A DNA stretch of 61,644 nucleotides, filler included. It is 7 parts of 7 records of this genome, joined end to end, with 100 filler letters (N's around TTAATTAATTAA, not from the genome) between each part and the next. Parts side by side here need not be neighbours in the genome. Positions count along the whole stretch, not along the records: positions 21,140 to 40,122 come from SRR31156797_32807; positions 40,223 to 45,505 come from SRR31156797_32815; 5 more parts are not named here. One strand, given 5' to 3'. Numbering within the stretch: position 1 is the first letter of the stretch; each line of letters starts with the position of its first letter. This document shows positions 30,204 to 40,449 of this stretch, in pieces. Under the pieces are notes generated by a model. The model was not told where the DNA came from. It made no database searches and saw only the letters and a list, made by a program, of their open reading frames with translations. The translations under genes and the position numbers were made by a program.

Positions 30204-31084
30204 CAGATAACGCCTCCCTTTGTTCCGGCAATTTCCATGAGGTACCGGCCATAATCGTTTTTAAGCATGTCAGAAGCAATGTTTTTAAGCTGATCCGCGG
30301 TAATGTATCCGAGCCGGAAAACGATCTCCTCGATACAGGCGATCTTCAGGCCCTGCCGTTCCTGGACCGCCTGGACATAGGCCGAGGCCTGCTGGAGGGC
30401 TTCATGGGTGCCGGTATCGAGCCAGGCATAGCCCCGGCCCAGCAGCTCAACCCTGAGGCGGCCCTGCCTGAGGTATTCAAGGTTGACATCGGTTATCTCA
30501 AGCTCTCCCCTGGGGGATGGGGTGAGTTTTTCGACAATTTCAACCACCTTGCTGTCATAAACGTAGAGCCCGGGCACGGCATACTTGGATTTGGGCTTGT
30601 CCGGCTTCTCCTCGATACCCGTAACCTTGCCGTCATCGTCAAAGGCCACGACACCGTAGCGCTCGGGATCCCTGACCGGATAGCCGAAGATCAGCCCGCC
30701 CTCTTCAAGGGAAACCGCTCTTTTCAACATGGACTGCAGGTTGCTGCCGTAAAAAATGTTATCCCCAAGGATAAGGGTGACACTGTCCTGCCCGATAAAC
30801 TCCTTTGCAATGATAAACGCCTGGGCAATGCCGCCGGGATCGGGCTGCACCGCATAGGAGAATTCCATTCCCAGGGCCGAACCGTCCCCGAACAGTTCCC
30901 TGAACCGGGGAAGATCACCAGGGGTTGAGATGATCATGATCTCCCGGATGCCGGCGAGCATGAGGACCGAGAGGGGATAATAGATCATGGGCTTGTCATA
31001 CACAGGCACAAGCTGCTTGCTGACGGCCTTTGTAAGCGGGTAGAGGCGTGTGCCCGAACCGCCGGCCAGAATAATTCCTTTCAT
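30203..31084 (-). CDS. rfbA: Glucose-1-phosphate thymidylyltransferase
   Basis: [37 protein letters not shown]. Confidence 0.98.
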   Translation of the reverse strand: MKGIILAGGSGTRLYPLTKAVSKQLVPVYDKPMIYYPLSVLMLAGIREIMIISTPGDLPRFRELFGDGSALGMEFSYAVQPDPGGIAQAFIIAKEFIGQDSVTLILGDNIFYGSNLQSMLKRAVSLEEGGLIFGYPVRDPERYGVVAFDDDGKVTGIEEKPDKPKSKYAVPGLYVYDSKVVEIVEKLTPSPRGELEITDVNLEYLRQGRLRVELLGRGYAWLDTGTHEALQQASAYVQAVQERQGLKIACIEEIVFRLGYITADQLKNIASDMLKNDYGRYLMEIAGTKGGVI

Positions 31085-32145
31085 TATTTATCCTGTCCCT
31101 TGTAGTGTTTTTTGATCCATTCCAGATATTCACCCGATTGAATATGTTCCACCCAGTCAAGATTATCGAGATACCAGGCGACACTCTTCTCTATCCCCGT
31201 CTCAAAGGACTCCTCTGGCTTCCAGCCAAGTTCGTTCTTAAGCTTGGAACAGTCAATGGCGTACCTGAAGTCGTGGCCGGGCCTGTCCTTGACAAAGCGG
31301 ATCAGCTCCCGGGAGGAGGCAAGGTAATGGGTGGCCCGGCCGGACTTGTCGACCATGTCGCAGATGCGCTCAACGATCTGCCGGTTCCGGAGCTCGCACT
31401 CCCCTCCAATGTTGTAGGTTTCCCCCCGCCGGCCCTTTTCCATGATCATCCAGATGGCACTGCAATGGTCCCTGACATAGAGCCAGTCCCGCACATTGGT
31501 TCCGTCCCCGTAGATGGGGAGGGGCTTGCCCTCCAGGGCGTTCAGGATCATCAAGGGAATGAGCTTTTCCGGAAACTGGTAGGGACCGTAGTTGTTGGAA
31601 CAGTTGGAAAGGGTCATGTCAAGACCATAGGTGTGGAAATATGCCCTGACAAGATGATCGGATGCCGCCTTGGAAGCGGAATAGGGACTGGAGGGAGCAT
31701 AGGGGGTGGTTTCCGTAAAGAAACCGGTCTCCCCGAGGCTGCCATAGACCTCGTCCGTGCTCACATGGTGAAACAGCTGGAATCCCTGCTGGTTCCGGGC
31801 GGCCTCCAGAAGCGTGAATGTTCCCTTGACATTGGTGTCCATGAACACCTCCGGGGAGGTGATGGACCGGTCCACATGGGACTCTGCCGCAAAATGGCAA
31901 ACAGAGTCGATGCCATAGCGCTCAAAGATGCCATTGATCGCAGCCGAATCGCAGATATTCGCCTTTTCAAAAATATAGCGTTCCGAATGGTTGTCCTGAA
32001 TGTCCTGGAGGCTCTTGAGGTTGCCCGCATAGGTCAGGCTATCAACATTGATGATCCTGCCGGAAAAGGATGTCTCCTCGAACAGGTACCTGATAAAATT
32101 CGAACCGATGAAGCCGCAGCCCCCGGTTACAAGCAAATTCTTCAT
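31084..32145 (-). CDS. rfbB: dTDP-glucose 4,6-dehydratase
   Basis: [32 protein letters not shown]. Confidence 0.98.
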   Translation of the reverse strand: MKNLLVTGGCGFIGSNFIRYLFEETSFSGRIINVDSLTYAGNLKSLQDIQDNHSERYIFEKANICDSAAINGIFERYGIDSVCHFAAESHVDRSITSPEVFMDTNVKGTFTLLEAARNQQGFQLFHHVSTDEVYGSLGETGFFTETTPYAPSSPYSASKAASDHLVRAYFHTYGLDMTLSNCSNNYGPYQFPEKLIPLMILNALEGKPLPIYGDGTNVRDWLYVRDHCSAIWMIMEKGRRGETYNIGGECELRNRQIVERICDMVDKSGRATHYLASSRELIRFVKDRPGHDFRYAIDCSKLKNELGWKPEESFETGIEKSVAWYLDNLDWVEHIQSGEYLEWIKKHYKGQDK

Positions 32146-32245
32146 ATTTCAAATCCGTTCCAAAGCCATATTTAAATAGTGCAAAAGTGTCATGTAAATT
32201 CAAACTTATTTGGGAGATAACAGATACGGGATGGGATCTCAATTT

Positions 32246-34012
32246 TTATTTACATTCTATCTCGACCCTGCGGTTCATCATCCGCCCCCAGGCGGAGCTA
32301 TTGCTCTCTATGGGATTTTCGCTCCCACGCCCCAAGGTCTCCATCTGTTGAGGCATGGCGCCCTTGCCCAGCAGAAAGCTCTTAACGATGTTTGCCCGGA
32401 ATTCAGACAATTTTTTATTGTAAGCTTGATTGCCGTAAGAATCGGTATACCCTGTGACAGCAATCCTTGTTTCCGGATAATAAACAAGGGCATCGGCAAA
32501 CCGGGTCAACGCTTCCATGCCCTGTTCCGAAAAGTCGTTGCTGTTGTACCGGAAGCGCACGATCACCTTTTTATCCAGCTGGGGCGGAACGACCTCCATG
32601 TGGGATTCCGCAGTTGGCTCCTCCGGCGGCAGATCACTGGATACGGGGGGGGCTTCGTCAGGGAGATCGTTCGGGGGAACCGTCGTCTCCTCCGGGACCA
32701 GCCCTTGATTTGGAACGGCGGGGTCGGGGTGATCATTGATGGGAAAAGTCTCAACCACTGTTTTCAGGGTCTCCCCGGTTTCCGGAACGGGTTCGGAAGA
32801 GAAATCCTGGAGGATCGGAACACCGGCTGCGGGAAGGGGGCTGGCGCCCCCGGCAGGGCCGCCGGTGCCCGGTAGGGCAGACATTGGATCGGACAGGTAC
32901 TGTGACACCCCGGCCTTGAGGCCGCTGATATAGTGATCGGCCGTTTCAAAAAACGTTCGAACACGATGGGGAAACAGGAGAAAACCAGCAAAGACCAGCA
33001 AGGCAATAACGACCAGATAACCATAGGCCGGCATCCCTTTCCGGGGTGCCGCCTCCGGCGTTTTTACCGGGTCCCGTGGGGAAGGAACCGGAGAAGGCGG
33101 AGGCTCCGGACGGGGCGGAGGCGCCGGAGAAGCGGAACCGGCCGGGGGGGATTGGACAACGGGTCCGGTGCGAGCGGGAGCGGGATCGGGAGCGGGCTGC
33201 CTCGGCTTTACAGGAATATCGAGTTCCCGGATACACTCCCGGATGACGCCGGCATGGATATGCCGTTCATCCCGGACATATCCCGTGAGAAGCGCATGGT
33301 CGCACAGGACATTGATCCGCCTTGGAAAGCCCTGGGAACCGCTATATATTTCCAGGACAGCCTCTTCCGCAAACAGCTCCTCGGTGGTGCCGGCAACTTT
33401 TAGCCGGTGCTTGATATACTCATCGGTCTCACCAGGGGTCAGGGGTTCGAGATTATAGTTCAGGGTCAGCCGCTGTCTCACCGCCCTGTTCTCGGGCCTG
33501 GAGAGGATACTGTTGAATTCATTCTGGCCGATGAAAAAGATGTTCAGAAGCTTTGTTTCCGCAAGCTCCACATTTGACAGGAGACGGATCTCCTCCAGGA
33601 GTTCCTGGGTCAGCAGCTGGGCCTCATCAATGATGAGAAGCACTTTCTTGCCGTTGGCATGGGCCGTGTGGAGAAACTGGCTGAGCCCGTACAGGAACCG
33701 GCCTTTGGAGGTGACTCCCTGGTCAAAACCAAAGCCCCGGGCAACAAAATTGTAAAAATCGATCTTATCAAGGCTTGGGTCCGGAACGGCCGTGCAGATT
33801 ACGTCTTTGCCCAGGCTTGCTTTCAAGGTATTGATCAGGGTTGTCTTACCCGTCCCCACATCCCCGGTCAAAAGGAGGAACCCCTTGTTGTCCAGGATAC
33901 CGTAACGGAGGGTTGCAAGGGCCTCCTTATGCTTCTCCCCAAGCCATAGAAAGGCCGGATCGGAGCTGATCTGAAACGGTTTGGATTTTAAGCCGTAAAA
34001 TGCCCGGTACAT
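32246..34012 (-). CDS. ExeA/GspA-family AAA ATPase with Pro-rich linker, TM segment and C-terminal OmpA-like peptidoglycan-binding domain
   Basis: MYRAFYGLKSKPF, GDVGTGKT, IIDEAQ, GFPRRINVLCD; C-terminal GYTDSYG..NKKLSEFRA..NRRVEI. Confidence 0.9.
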   Translation of the reverse strand: MYRAFYGLKSKPFQISSDPAFLWLGEKHKEALATLRYGILDNKGFLLLTGDVGTGKTTLINTLKASLGKDVICTAVPDPSLDKIDFYNFVARGFGFDQGVTSKGRFLYGLSQFLHTAHANGKKVLLIIDEAQLLTQELLEEIRLLSNVELAETKLLNIFFIGQNEFNSILSRPENRAVRQRLTLNYNLEPLTPGETDEYIKHRLKVAGTTEELFAEEAVLEIYSGSQGFPRRINVLCDHALLTGYVRDERHIHAGVIRECIRELDIPVKPRQPAPDPAPARTGPVVQSPPAGSASPAPPPRPEPPPSPVPSPRDPVKTPEAAPRKGMPAYGYLVVIALLVFAGFLLFPHRVRTFFETADHYISGLKAGVSQYLSDPMSALPGTGGPAGGASPLPAAGVPILQDFSSEPVPETGETLKTVVETFPINDHPDPAVPNQGLVPEETTVPPNDLPDEAPPVSSDLPPEEPTAESHMEVVPPQLDKKVIVRFRYNSNDFSEQGMEALTRFADALVYYPETRIAVTGYTDSYGNQAYNKKLSEFRANIVKSFLLGKGAMPQQMETLGRGSENPIESNSSAWGRMMNRRVEIECK

Positions 34013-34031
34013 TTCACCCCTTTATGGTTCT

Positions 34032-35183
34032 TTATAGATTATGAAGATACTCCATATCCTTAGTCTGGCTGTTCTTGGTTCCCACCACCAGAACTTCGCA
34101 CCTGTTGTTGTCGGTTTTTCGAAAATAGAGCCTGCCGTTGTACCCAAAAAGAACCTCAAGGGAGGGAAACCGGTTCTTTTTGCCTGCAAACACCTTTCGC
34201 TTGACAATAACCTTTGTCGGGTCGGCATCGAGCTGGTGAATGATCTCTTCCGCCTTTATCTGCATATCATCGTTCAAATCAAGGAAACCTGTCAAGGCCC
34301 GCCGATTCATATCCAGGTTCTTGTAGATGGCGGCAAAGCGCTTACCTGAAAATTCAAAGGATTTACGCTTTGAGCCGTTGCCTTTCCTTCGCTCATTCTT
34401 CTTGAGTTTTTCCTTCAACTCTTCAAGTTCCTGCTCTTTCTCCTGTTGAAGCTTGATGTTCTCCTGGAGTTTTTGCTCCAGGGCGACAATTTCTTCAAAC
34501 ATGTCCTCCTCGGTGATGCTTGCCTTTTTCTTATCTTCCTCATTGGCATGCCTCAGGAACTTAATATTCTCGAACAGATTCCTTTTTTCCGTTTCAAGGT
34601 CCTTGAATATCTGTTCATACGCTTTTCTATCTTCCTCAAGTTCGGTAATCCGCCGGCCTGTTTCCCTGTCCTCTTTCAACGCCTTCGCACTTCCCTTCCT
34701 GTAAACCACCAGAAAAACAGCCATTGAGATCAAGATCAACAATGCCAAGACAAAATTGGTGCCTACCGTACCATGCTTTAATCGTGTTATGACCTTCACA
34801 GAGAACCCTTCAGTCATGATGGAATAATTCTGATGGGCTATTTTTATGGAATCCCACTCATCCTCGGCCAGGTAGGGATCGATTTCCCCAAAGGACGGAT
34901 AGAGAACCTCCCCCGCCTTGGTGGTTACCATGATGTCGAAATCGGGACCGAACCATTTTACAAAAAGATCATTTGCCAAAAAGCCGTGAATATTATTCCC
35001 CACAGCATCCCTTAATCTCACGGTTCCGTTCAGCAGGGGTTCGGAATCACCGATAATATGATTCTCTATTTTCTGCTGATAAACCGGAGTAAGATATTTT
35101 TCAAATTGACTTAACATAACTGCATAAAGTAAAGGAGGCAGCATCAAACAAAGCAGCACAGTCTTCAATGGGAAATACTTCAT
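34032..35183 (-). CDS. 2-TM coiled-coil membrane protein with a C-terminal RelE/HigB-like domain (tentative)
   Basis: Two hydrophobic segments flank a ~115-aa domain; long E/K coiled coil; C-terminal EVLFGYNGRLYF..VLVVGTKNSQTKD. Confidence 0.7.
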   Translation of the reverse strand: MKYFPLKTVLLCLMLPPLLYAVMLSQFEKYLTPVYQQKIENHIIGDSEPLLNGTVRLRDAVGNNIHGFLANDLFVKWFGPDFDIMVTTKAGEVLYPSFGEIDPYLAEDEWDSIKIAHQNYSIMTEGFSVKVITRLKHGTVGTNFVLALLILISMAVFLVVYRKGSAKALKEDRETGRRITELEEDRKAYEQIFKDLETEKRNLFENIKFLRHANEEDKKKASITEEDMFEEIVALEQKLQENIKLQQEKEQELEELKEKLKKNERRKGNGSKRKSFEFSGKRFAAIYKNLDMNRRALTGFLDLNDDMQIKAEEIIHQLDADPTKVIVKRKVFAGKKNRFPSLEVLFGYNGRLYFRKTDNNRCEVLVVGTKNSQTKDMEYLHNL

Positions 35184-35830
35184 TACCACTCCAAAATAAA
35201 ATTTTCTTTTAGCCTATGACATATATAGCAGAAAGGCCCATCAATCAAGGGTTCAAGGAATTTTTTTTGCAAACAGAAGCTGAATCATCCGGCCCTGTCA
35301 AAGATCGAGGCTCAATGGCAACGCCCCATTTGCAATGCTTTCGAGTTCGGAAAGCACGATTCCGGCCATGGCCGGATCAAGATCGGAACCGGTTTGAAGG
35401 TAAGGCCAGGCAAGATTGGACAGTATCGCCGGGATTGATAGTCAGCACTTTTTCATACATTGCCTCAGCCTGACGAATCTTTGCAAGGTGCAAAAACCAT
35501 TGGCGATTTTTTTTCATCAACTGAAGATTATCGGGATCAGCAGATAAGGCGCTTTTCCAAAGGAATATCCAGCTCTATCGTATCTGCCGGAACAAAAAAG
35601 GGGTTGTATGCCTGAAGAAACGCTGTGTCATTTCGGTTGTCCACGTTTGAGGAGATATCGTCATAGACAGAAAGCTTGTGCGGCGTACCGCAAGGCCGGA
35701 CCGTTGAAACCATCGTCGGACAATCCGGCACATCCGGCTGTATGCCCCCCAAAGCCCACCAAAGAAAACAATGTGCAAAACATTTTTCGTTTCACAACAA
35801 TCGATTCTCAATTTTATATTTATTTTTTGT

Positions 35831-35858
35831 TTGACAAAAATGTGTATCACATAATAAT
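35831..35858 (+). promoter_or_regulatory. Candidate sigma70 promoter for the TPR lipoprotein gene
   Basis: TTGACA-N16-AATAAT about 70 nt upstream of the ATG. Confidence 0.45.
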
Positions 35859-35929
35859 ACAGTATACAAGTCCAACTCATCCAGGCAGAGAGAACCGGCG
35901 TTTCAAACATCGATTCAGGCGGAGGATAC

Positions 35930-38218
35930 ATGCATTTCAAATTAAGATCCCTATTCTTTATTATCGTAGCCCTAACTATTTTCCAGGGCTGCAAAACAGA
36001 CGACGAAAAAGTGATATCGCATTTGAACAAAGGCGATGAATATTTTGCCGCCGAACAATATAAAGAAGCTGAAATCGAATATAGAAACATCCTGCAGATC
36101 GATCCTGAACACCTGAAAGCGTGGTCGCGTCTCAGCGAAACAATGATGAAACTTGGCGATCCAAGGGACGCCTTCCAGGCATATTTAAAGGTAGAACAAC
36201 TGGATCCGGGAAACACGGATGCGTTGATAAAACTAGCAGGTTTCTTTCTTCTAGGCAAAAAACCTGACGAGGCAAAACAACGGATTGATATCCTGATTGA
36301 AAAGGACCCTGAAAATCTCGAAGTCCTTTTCTTAAAGGCACAAATGTTCACCCAAAAAAAAGAGTTTGATAACTCCGAACCCCTGTATGAAAAAATCCTG
36401 TCCCTTGAACCCGGCAATGTAAAGGCCCTACACGGGCTCGCCAGGATAAAGAACTTTCACAAAAAATTCGACGAGGCCGAGGCCCTTCTGTTAAAGGCCA
36501 TAGAGTCCGCCAACAACTCCGTTCAGCCAAGACTTGCCCTTGTCAGTTATTACATCGGCAAAAAAAGACTCAAAGAGGCCGAAGCCCAACTGCTCACAGC
36601 GGCCCGGGAAAATCCGGACAATTCCAATTTACAAATCATTCTTGGCAATTTTTTCTTCAGGATGAGGGATGAGAAGTCGGCAGAGACGGCGTATCTCAAG
36701 GCGATTGAGCTTGCCCAGGATACGGTGAAGCCCTATATGACCGCAGCCAATTTTTATGATATCGCAGGAAAAGAGGATGAAGCCCTTGGGATGTACGAAA
36801 AGGCCTTGTCAATTGCCCCGGAAAACCTCTCTGTTAAAACGGCCATGGCAAGATTTCTATATAAAAACAAAAAAATAGAGGCTGCGGAAGCGCTTGTGGC
36901 AGAGCTGCTGGAATCAAGGCCGAAATTTGGGCCGACACGCATGCTGAAAAGCGAAATTCTCACTTTTAAGGGAGAAAATGAACAGGCCCTTGAAATTCTT
37001 ACCGCCCTTAAAATGGAAGAACCCAAGGCACCACGGACCCACTATTTCATGGCGTTGTGCCAGAGCAGGCTCGACCGTCCGAAAGCGGCAAAAGCGTCAG
37101 CAATAAAAGCTGTTGAACTCAATCCCAACTATTCCAATGCCCGTCTTCTCCTTGCGAACATTCATTACCAGGAACGCTCCTATGATATGGCACTGCATCA
37201 GGCGGAAGCGGTTTTAAAGCTCAATCCCTCCGACTACAGGGCCATCCTTGTCAGCGCCAATTCCCACATGGGTACAGGTAACCCGGAACAGGCGGAAAAA
37301 GGCTTTCAGGCATTGATCGATATCGATCCGAAAAATCCGGTGGGCCTTTATCGAATGGGGCTTTTAAAAACCTACCAGCAAAAATACGACGAGGCGGAAC
37401 CGCTTCTCACAAAAGCCCTTGAAATCAATCCCCTGCTCATGGACGTTTTTACCCTCCTTGTCAGAAATCATGTTGCCCGGAAAAAACACGCCACCGCCCA
37501 CGCCCTTTGTGAAAAACAACTTGAGAGAACCAAAGGCAACCCCCAACTTGAATGCGCCGTCCACAACCTTCAAGCAAGCGTGTTCATGGCTGAAGAGAAG
37601 ACAGACAAAGCCAAGGCGTCTTACAACAAGGCCATTGAGGCCTTCCCCGATTTTTACCAGCCTTACCTTTCCATTGCCCGGATCTACCTTGCTGAAAAAG
37701 ATCAAGATAAAGCCATTGACCTTTACAACACCATTATTGAGAAGCAGCCGAAAATGGAGATTCCCCACATTATGCTGGGAACCATTTATGACAACAGGAA
37801 ACAATACGATAAAGCCGCCGATCATTACAGAAAAGCCCTGGCAATCAATCCTGAATTTGCGCCGGCCGCAAATAACCTTGCCTATCACCTGGCAGAGCGC
37901 ACAGATCAATTTGATGAAGCCCTGAAATACGCCAGGATCGCCAAAAGCAAGCTGCCAAACGATCCGGGAATAATGGACACTTTGGGACTTGTGTATTACA
38001 AAAAAGGGCTTTATGGCAATGCCATCAGTGAATTCCTCGACAGTATCGAGCAACTCCCGGAAAATCCCATCATCCATTATCACCTGGGCCTTGCTTACGA
38101 AGGGAAAGGTGAAAAGGAACTGGCGCAAAACGCACTGAAACATGCGTTGGAACTGGACAACAAATTTGAGGGGGCAGCAAAAGCCAAAGAGCTGTTAAAA
38201 AAATGGGAAGATTCATAA
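35930..38218 (+). CDS. TPR-repeat lipoprotein, PrsT-like (PEP-CTERM/exopolysaccharide associated)
   Basis: Lipobox IFQGC; many TPRs; C-terminal ANNLAY..DTLGLVYYKKG..YHLGLAY; GGAGG RBS. Confidence 0.85.
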   Translation: MHFKLRSLFFIIVALTIFQGCKTDDEKVISHLNKGDEYFAAEQYKEAEIEYRNILQIDPEHLKAWSRLSETMMKLGDPRDAFQAYLKVEQLDPGNTDALIKLAGFFLLGKKPDEAKQRIDILIEKDPENLEVLFLKAQMFTQKKEFDNSEPLYEKILSLEPGNVKALHGLARIKNFHKKFDEAEALLLKAIESANNSVQPRLALVSYYIGKKRLKEAEAQLLTAARENPDNSNLQIILGNFFFRMRDEKSAETAYLKAIELAQDTVKPYMTAANFYDIAGKEDEALGMYEKALSIAPENLSVKTAMARFLYKNKKIEAAEALVAELLESRPKFGPTRMLKSEILTFKGENEQALEILTALKMEEPKAPRTHYFMALCQSRLDRPKAAKASAIKAVELNPNYSNARLLLANIHYQERSYDMALHQAEAVLKLNPSDYRAILVSANSHMGTGNPEQAEKGFQALIDIDPKNPVGLYRMGLLKTYQQKYDEAEPLLTKALEINPLLMDVFTLLVRNHVARKKHATAHALCEKQLERTKGNPQLECAVHNLQASVFMAEEKTDKAKASYNKAIEAFPDFYQPYLSIARIYLAEKDQDKAIDLYNTIIEKQPKMEIPHIMLGTIYDNRKQYDKAADHYRKALAINPEFAPAANNLAYHLAERTDQFDEALKYARIAKSKLPNDPGIMDTLGLVYYKKGLYGNAISEFLDSIEQLPENPIIHYHLGLAYEGKGEKELAQNALKHALELDNKFEGAAKAKELLKKWEDS

Positions 38219-38223
38219 AAATT

Positions 38224-38251
38224 CAGGCCGGTTAGCCGGCCCTGTTTTTTT
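38224..38251 (+). terminator. Intrinsic terminator
   Basis: GGCCGG-TTAG-CCGGCC stem followed by a T-tract. Confidence 0.75.
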
Positions 38252-38365
38252 ATCAAAATCGATCTTCCGCCCTTTACAAATCCGAAATAATGATTAAACA
38301 TAGTTGTATCATTTAAGACGGCAGGGGATCCTTTTTTTCATTTTTTTCATTGCAAGGAGGCAAGT

Positions 38366-38533
38366 ATGCAACATCAAGAAGAAACTTTCCCGGAAGAAGA
38401 GATGAACGCCAATGAAAAAAGAGAAGATCAGAGAAGAAGAAAAGAGAGTGAAGGGTACACCTACATCACCACGGTTGGATGGATCTGTAGAAGGGAAAAA
38501 AGCAGAAGAAAGGACGACGAATTCATGTTCTGA
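38366..38533 (+). CDS. Small Arg-rich protein (55 aa, absent from the ORF track)
   Basis: AAGGAGG RBS at 38354-38360; MQHQEETFPEEEMNANEKREDQRRRKESEGYTYITTVGWICRREKSRRKDDEFMF. Confidence 0.7.
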   Translation: MQHQEETFPEEEMNANEKREDQRRRKESEGYTYITTVGWICRREKSRRKDDEFMF

Positions 38534-38640
38534 CCAGGGACATGAGTTCAAACAACAGCCAATTTTAACCAAACCAACCTGAAAGACACCCCATCGTAAG
38601 CAGCCCGACAATTGACAACAGAACTTCACAAGGCATGGTA

Positions 38641-40122
38641 CTATGCCTTTGTTCGCGATATGGTTTGCCCGTCATCCAGGAGTTCCCTGATCTTTCCGGC
38701 CAGGGTTTCCAGGGTGAACGGTTTCTGTAAAAAGCCATTACAGCCCTGCTCCATGATGTCGGAGGCCTGTCCCTTGAGACTGTAGCCGCTGGACAGAAGC
38801 ACTTTCACCTTGGGAGCAGCGGTTCTCAGGTGTTTAAACACCTCCCTGGACGGCATACCGGGCATCACCATGTCCAGAATCACGAGATCTATGCCGGGGC
38901 TGTTGGCGGCAAAGAGCGCCACGGCCTCTTTACCATTCCTGGCTGTCAGAACGCTGTAGCCAAGGGTCTCCAGCATCTCTTCACCGACTTCCACGACAAT
39001 TTCTTCGTCATCGACAAAAAGAACGGTCCCTGTCCCCTTCAACAACTCCGGGGGCGCCTGGGTCTCTTTTACGGCCTTGGACGCTGAGGCGGGAAGATGG
39101 ATGAAAAAAGTGGTTCCCCTGCCCCTTTCGCTCCGGACCGTAATCATTCCCCGGTGGCTTCTGATGATTCCATAGACAGAGGCAAGGCCCAATCCGGTTC
39201 CATGGCCCATGCCTTTGGTGGTAAAGAACGGCTCGAAGATTCTCTTCCTTGTGGCATCATCCATGCCGCAACCCGAGTCTGAAACCGTCACACGCACATG
39301 GGGACCGGGTGTCAGCCCCAAGGTGCCGGCAGATTCATCTTCAAGGATCACGTTTTCGGTGCTGAGCCTTAATTCCCCATCCCCTGCCCCTTCCATGGCC
39401 TGCCATGCGTTGACGAAAAGGTTCAGCAGCACCTGCTTCATCTGCCCCGTATCCGCATCCACCGCCCAAAGACCGTCCCCATAGGCTTCAACGATGGGGA
39501 CCTCTTTTCTGGCGCTTCCGAACAGGTGGACACTGTGGCCAATCAATTCATTCAGGTCAACGGGCTTGACCTCATAGTTGCCCTCCTGTGCAAAACCGAG
39601 CAGCTGTCTGGTAAGATCGGCGCCGTCCTGCACATGGTGCTGAATCGACTTGAGTTTTTTACGATGGGGACTGGCGCCCCCCATTTTGCTCATCATCAGG
39701 CAGGCACACCCCTGTATTCCCATCAGCAGGTTATTGAAATCGTGGGCAATGCCTCCGGCCAGTGTACCAAGGGCCTCCATTCTCTGGGCCTGATGAAGCT
39801 GCTCTTCCAGCTGTGCCCGGTACTTTTCGCTCTCCATTCGAAAGCTGATGTCCCGAACCGCTGCAAGATGGGCCTCTTTGCCGTTCCATATGAGATGACT
39901 GGCCGTAATTTCCACGGGGAACACGGTGCCGTCCTTTTTCCGATGGTATCGGACGGGAATCCGCTCTTTTTGAGTACGGGTGGCGTGCCGGGTCTTTTCC
40001 GGCTCTGCCGAAAGATCGGTGTTCCTCATCCCGGAGAGCTCATGCTTGCTGTATCCGTATAGGCGGACGGCGGCACCGTTGACTTCAAGAATATTTCCCT
40101 GCTCTTTTTCGATCAGGAAAAT
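38641..40122 (-). CDS. PAS, histidine kinase and receiver hybrid kinase (5' truncated)
   Basis: Frame is open to the contig edge ([18 protein letters not shown]); [25 protein letters not shown], receiver FVDDE/ILDMVMP/KPF. Confidence 0.95.
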   Translation of the reverse strand: MFLIEKEQGNILEVNGAAVRLYGYSKHELSGMRNTDLSAEPEKTRHATRTQKERIPVRYHRKKDGTVFPVEITASHLIWNGKEAHLAAVRDISFRMESEKYRAQLEEQLHQAQRMEALGTLAGGIAHDFNNLLMGIQGCACLMMSKMGGASPHRKKLKSIQHHVQDGADLTRQLLGFAQEGNYEVKPVDLNELIGHSVHLFGSARKEVPIVEAYGDGLWAVDADTGQMKQVLLNLFVNAWQAMEGAGDGELRLSTENVILEDESAGTLGLTPGPHVRVTVSDSGCGMDDATRKRIFEPFFTTKGMGHGTGLGLASVYGIIRSHRGMITVRSERGRGTTFFIHLPASASKAVKETQAPPELLKGTGTVLFVDDEEIVVEVGEEMLETLGYSVLTARNGKEAVALFAANSPGIDLVILDMVMPGMPSREVFKHLRTAAPKVKVLLSSGYSLKGQASDIMEQGCNGFLQKPFTLETLAGKIRELLDDGQTISRTKA

Positions 40123-40222
40123 NNNNNNNNNNNNNNNNNNNNNNNNNNNNNNNNNNNNNNNNNNNNTTAATTAATTAANNNNNNNNNNNNNNNNNNNNNN
40201 NNNNNNNNNNNNNNNNNNNNNN
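40123..40222. other. Artificial contig spacer
   Basis: N44-TTAATTAATTAA-N44. Confidence 0.99.
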
Positions 40223-40449
40223 ACGCAGATTTGACTGATAAAAATGTTTTTTCGTTTATTTATCTAATAGTTCTTCATGACATTTCTGTGCTTATAGAAA
40301 TTAGTTTAATCAGCGTTCTAAATATTAAAAGATACATTTTTGATAAAAACAGATCCAAAATCTAAGATCTAATATCAATTAATAATATTTATCGTAAAAT
40401 TTTGTTATTTTGATAGTAGAATATTGATTTGCAGTACAGCACATAATAT

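Noticed and set aside
31105-32175. 356-aa ORF antisense to rfbB
   Set aside because: It mirrors rfbB almost end to end, a typical antisense shadow in GC-rich genes
35190-35830. Riboswitch, sigma54 promoter or small ORFs in the long intergenic region
   Set aside because: No c-di-GMP or other aptamer consensus found; TGGCA...TTGCA spacing is wrong for sigma54; the short ORFs lack an RBS or motifs
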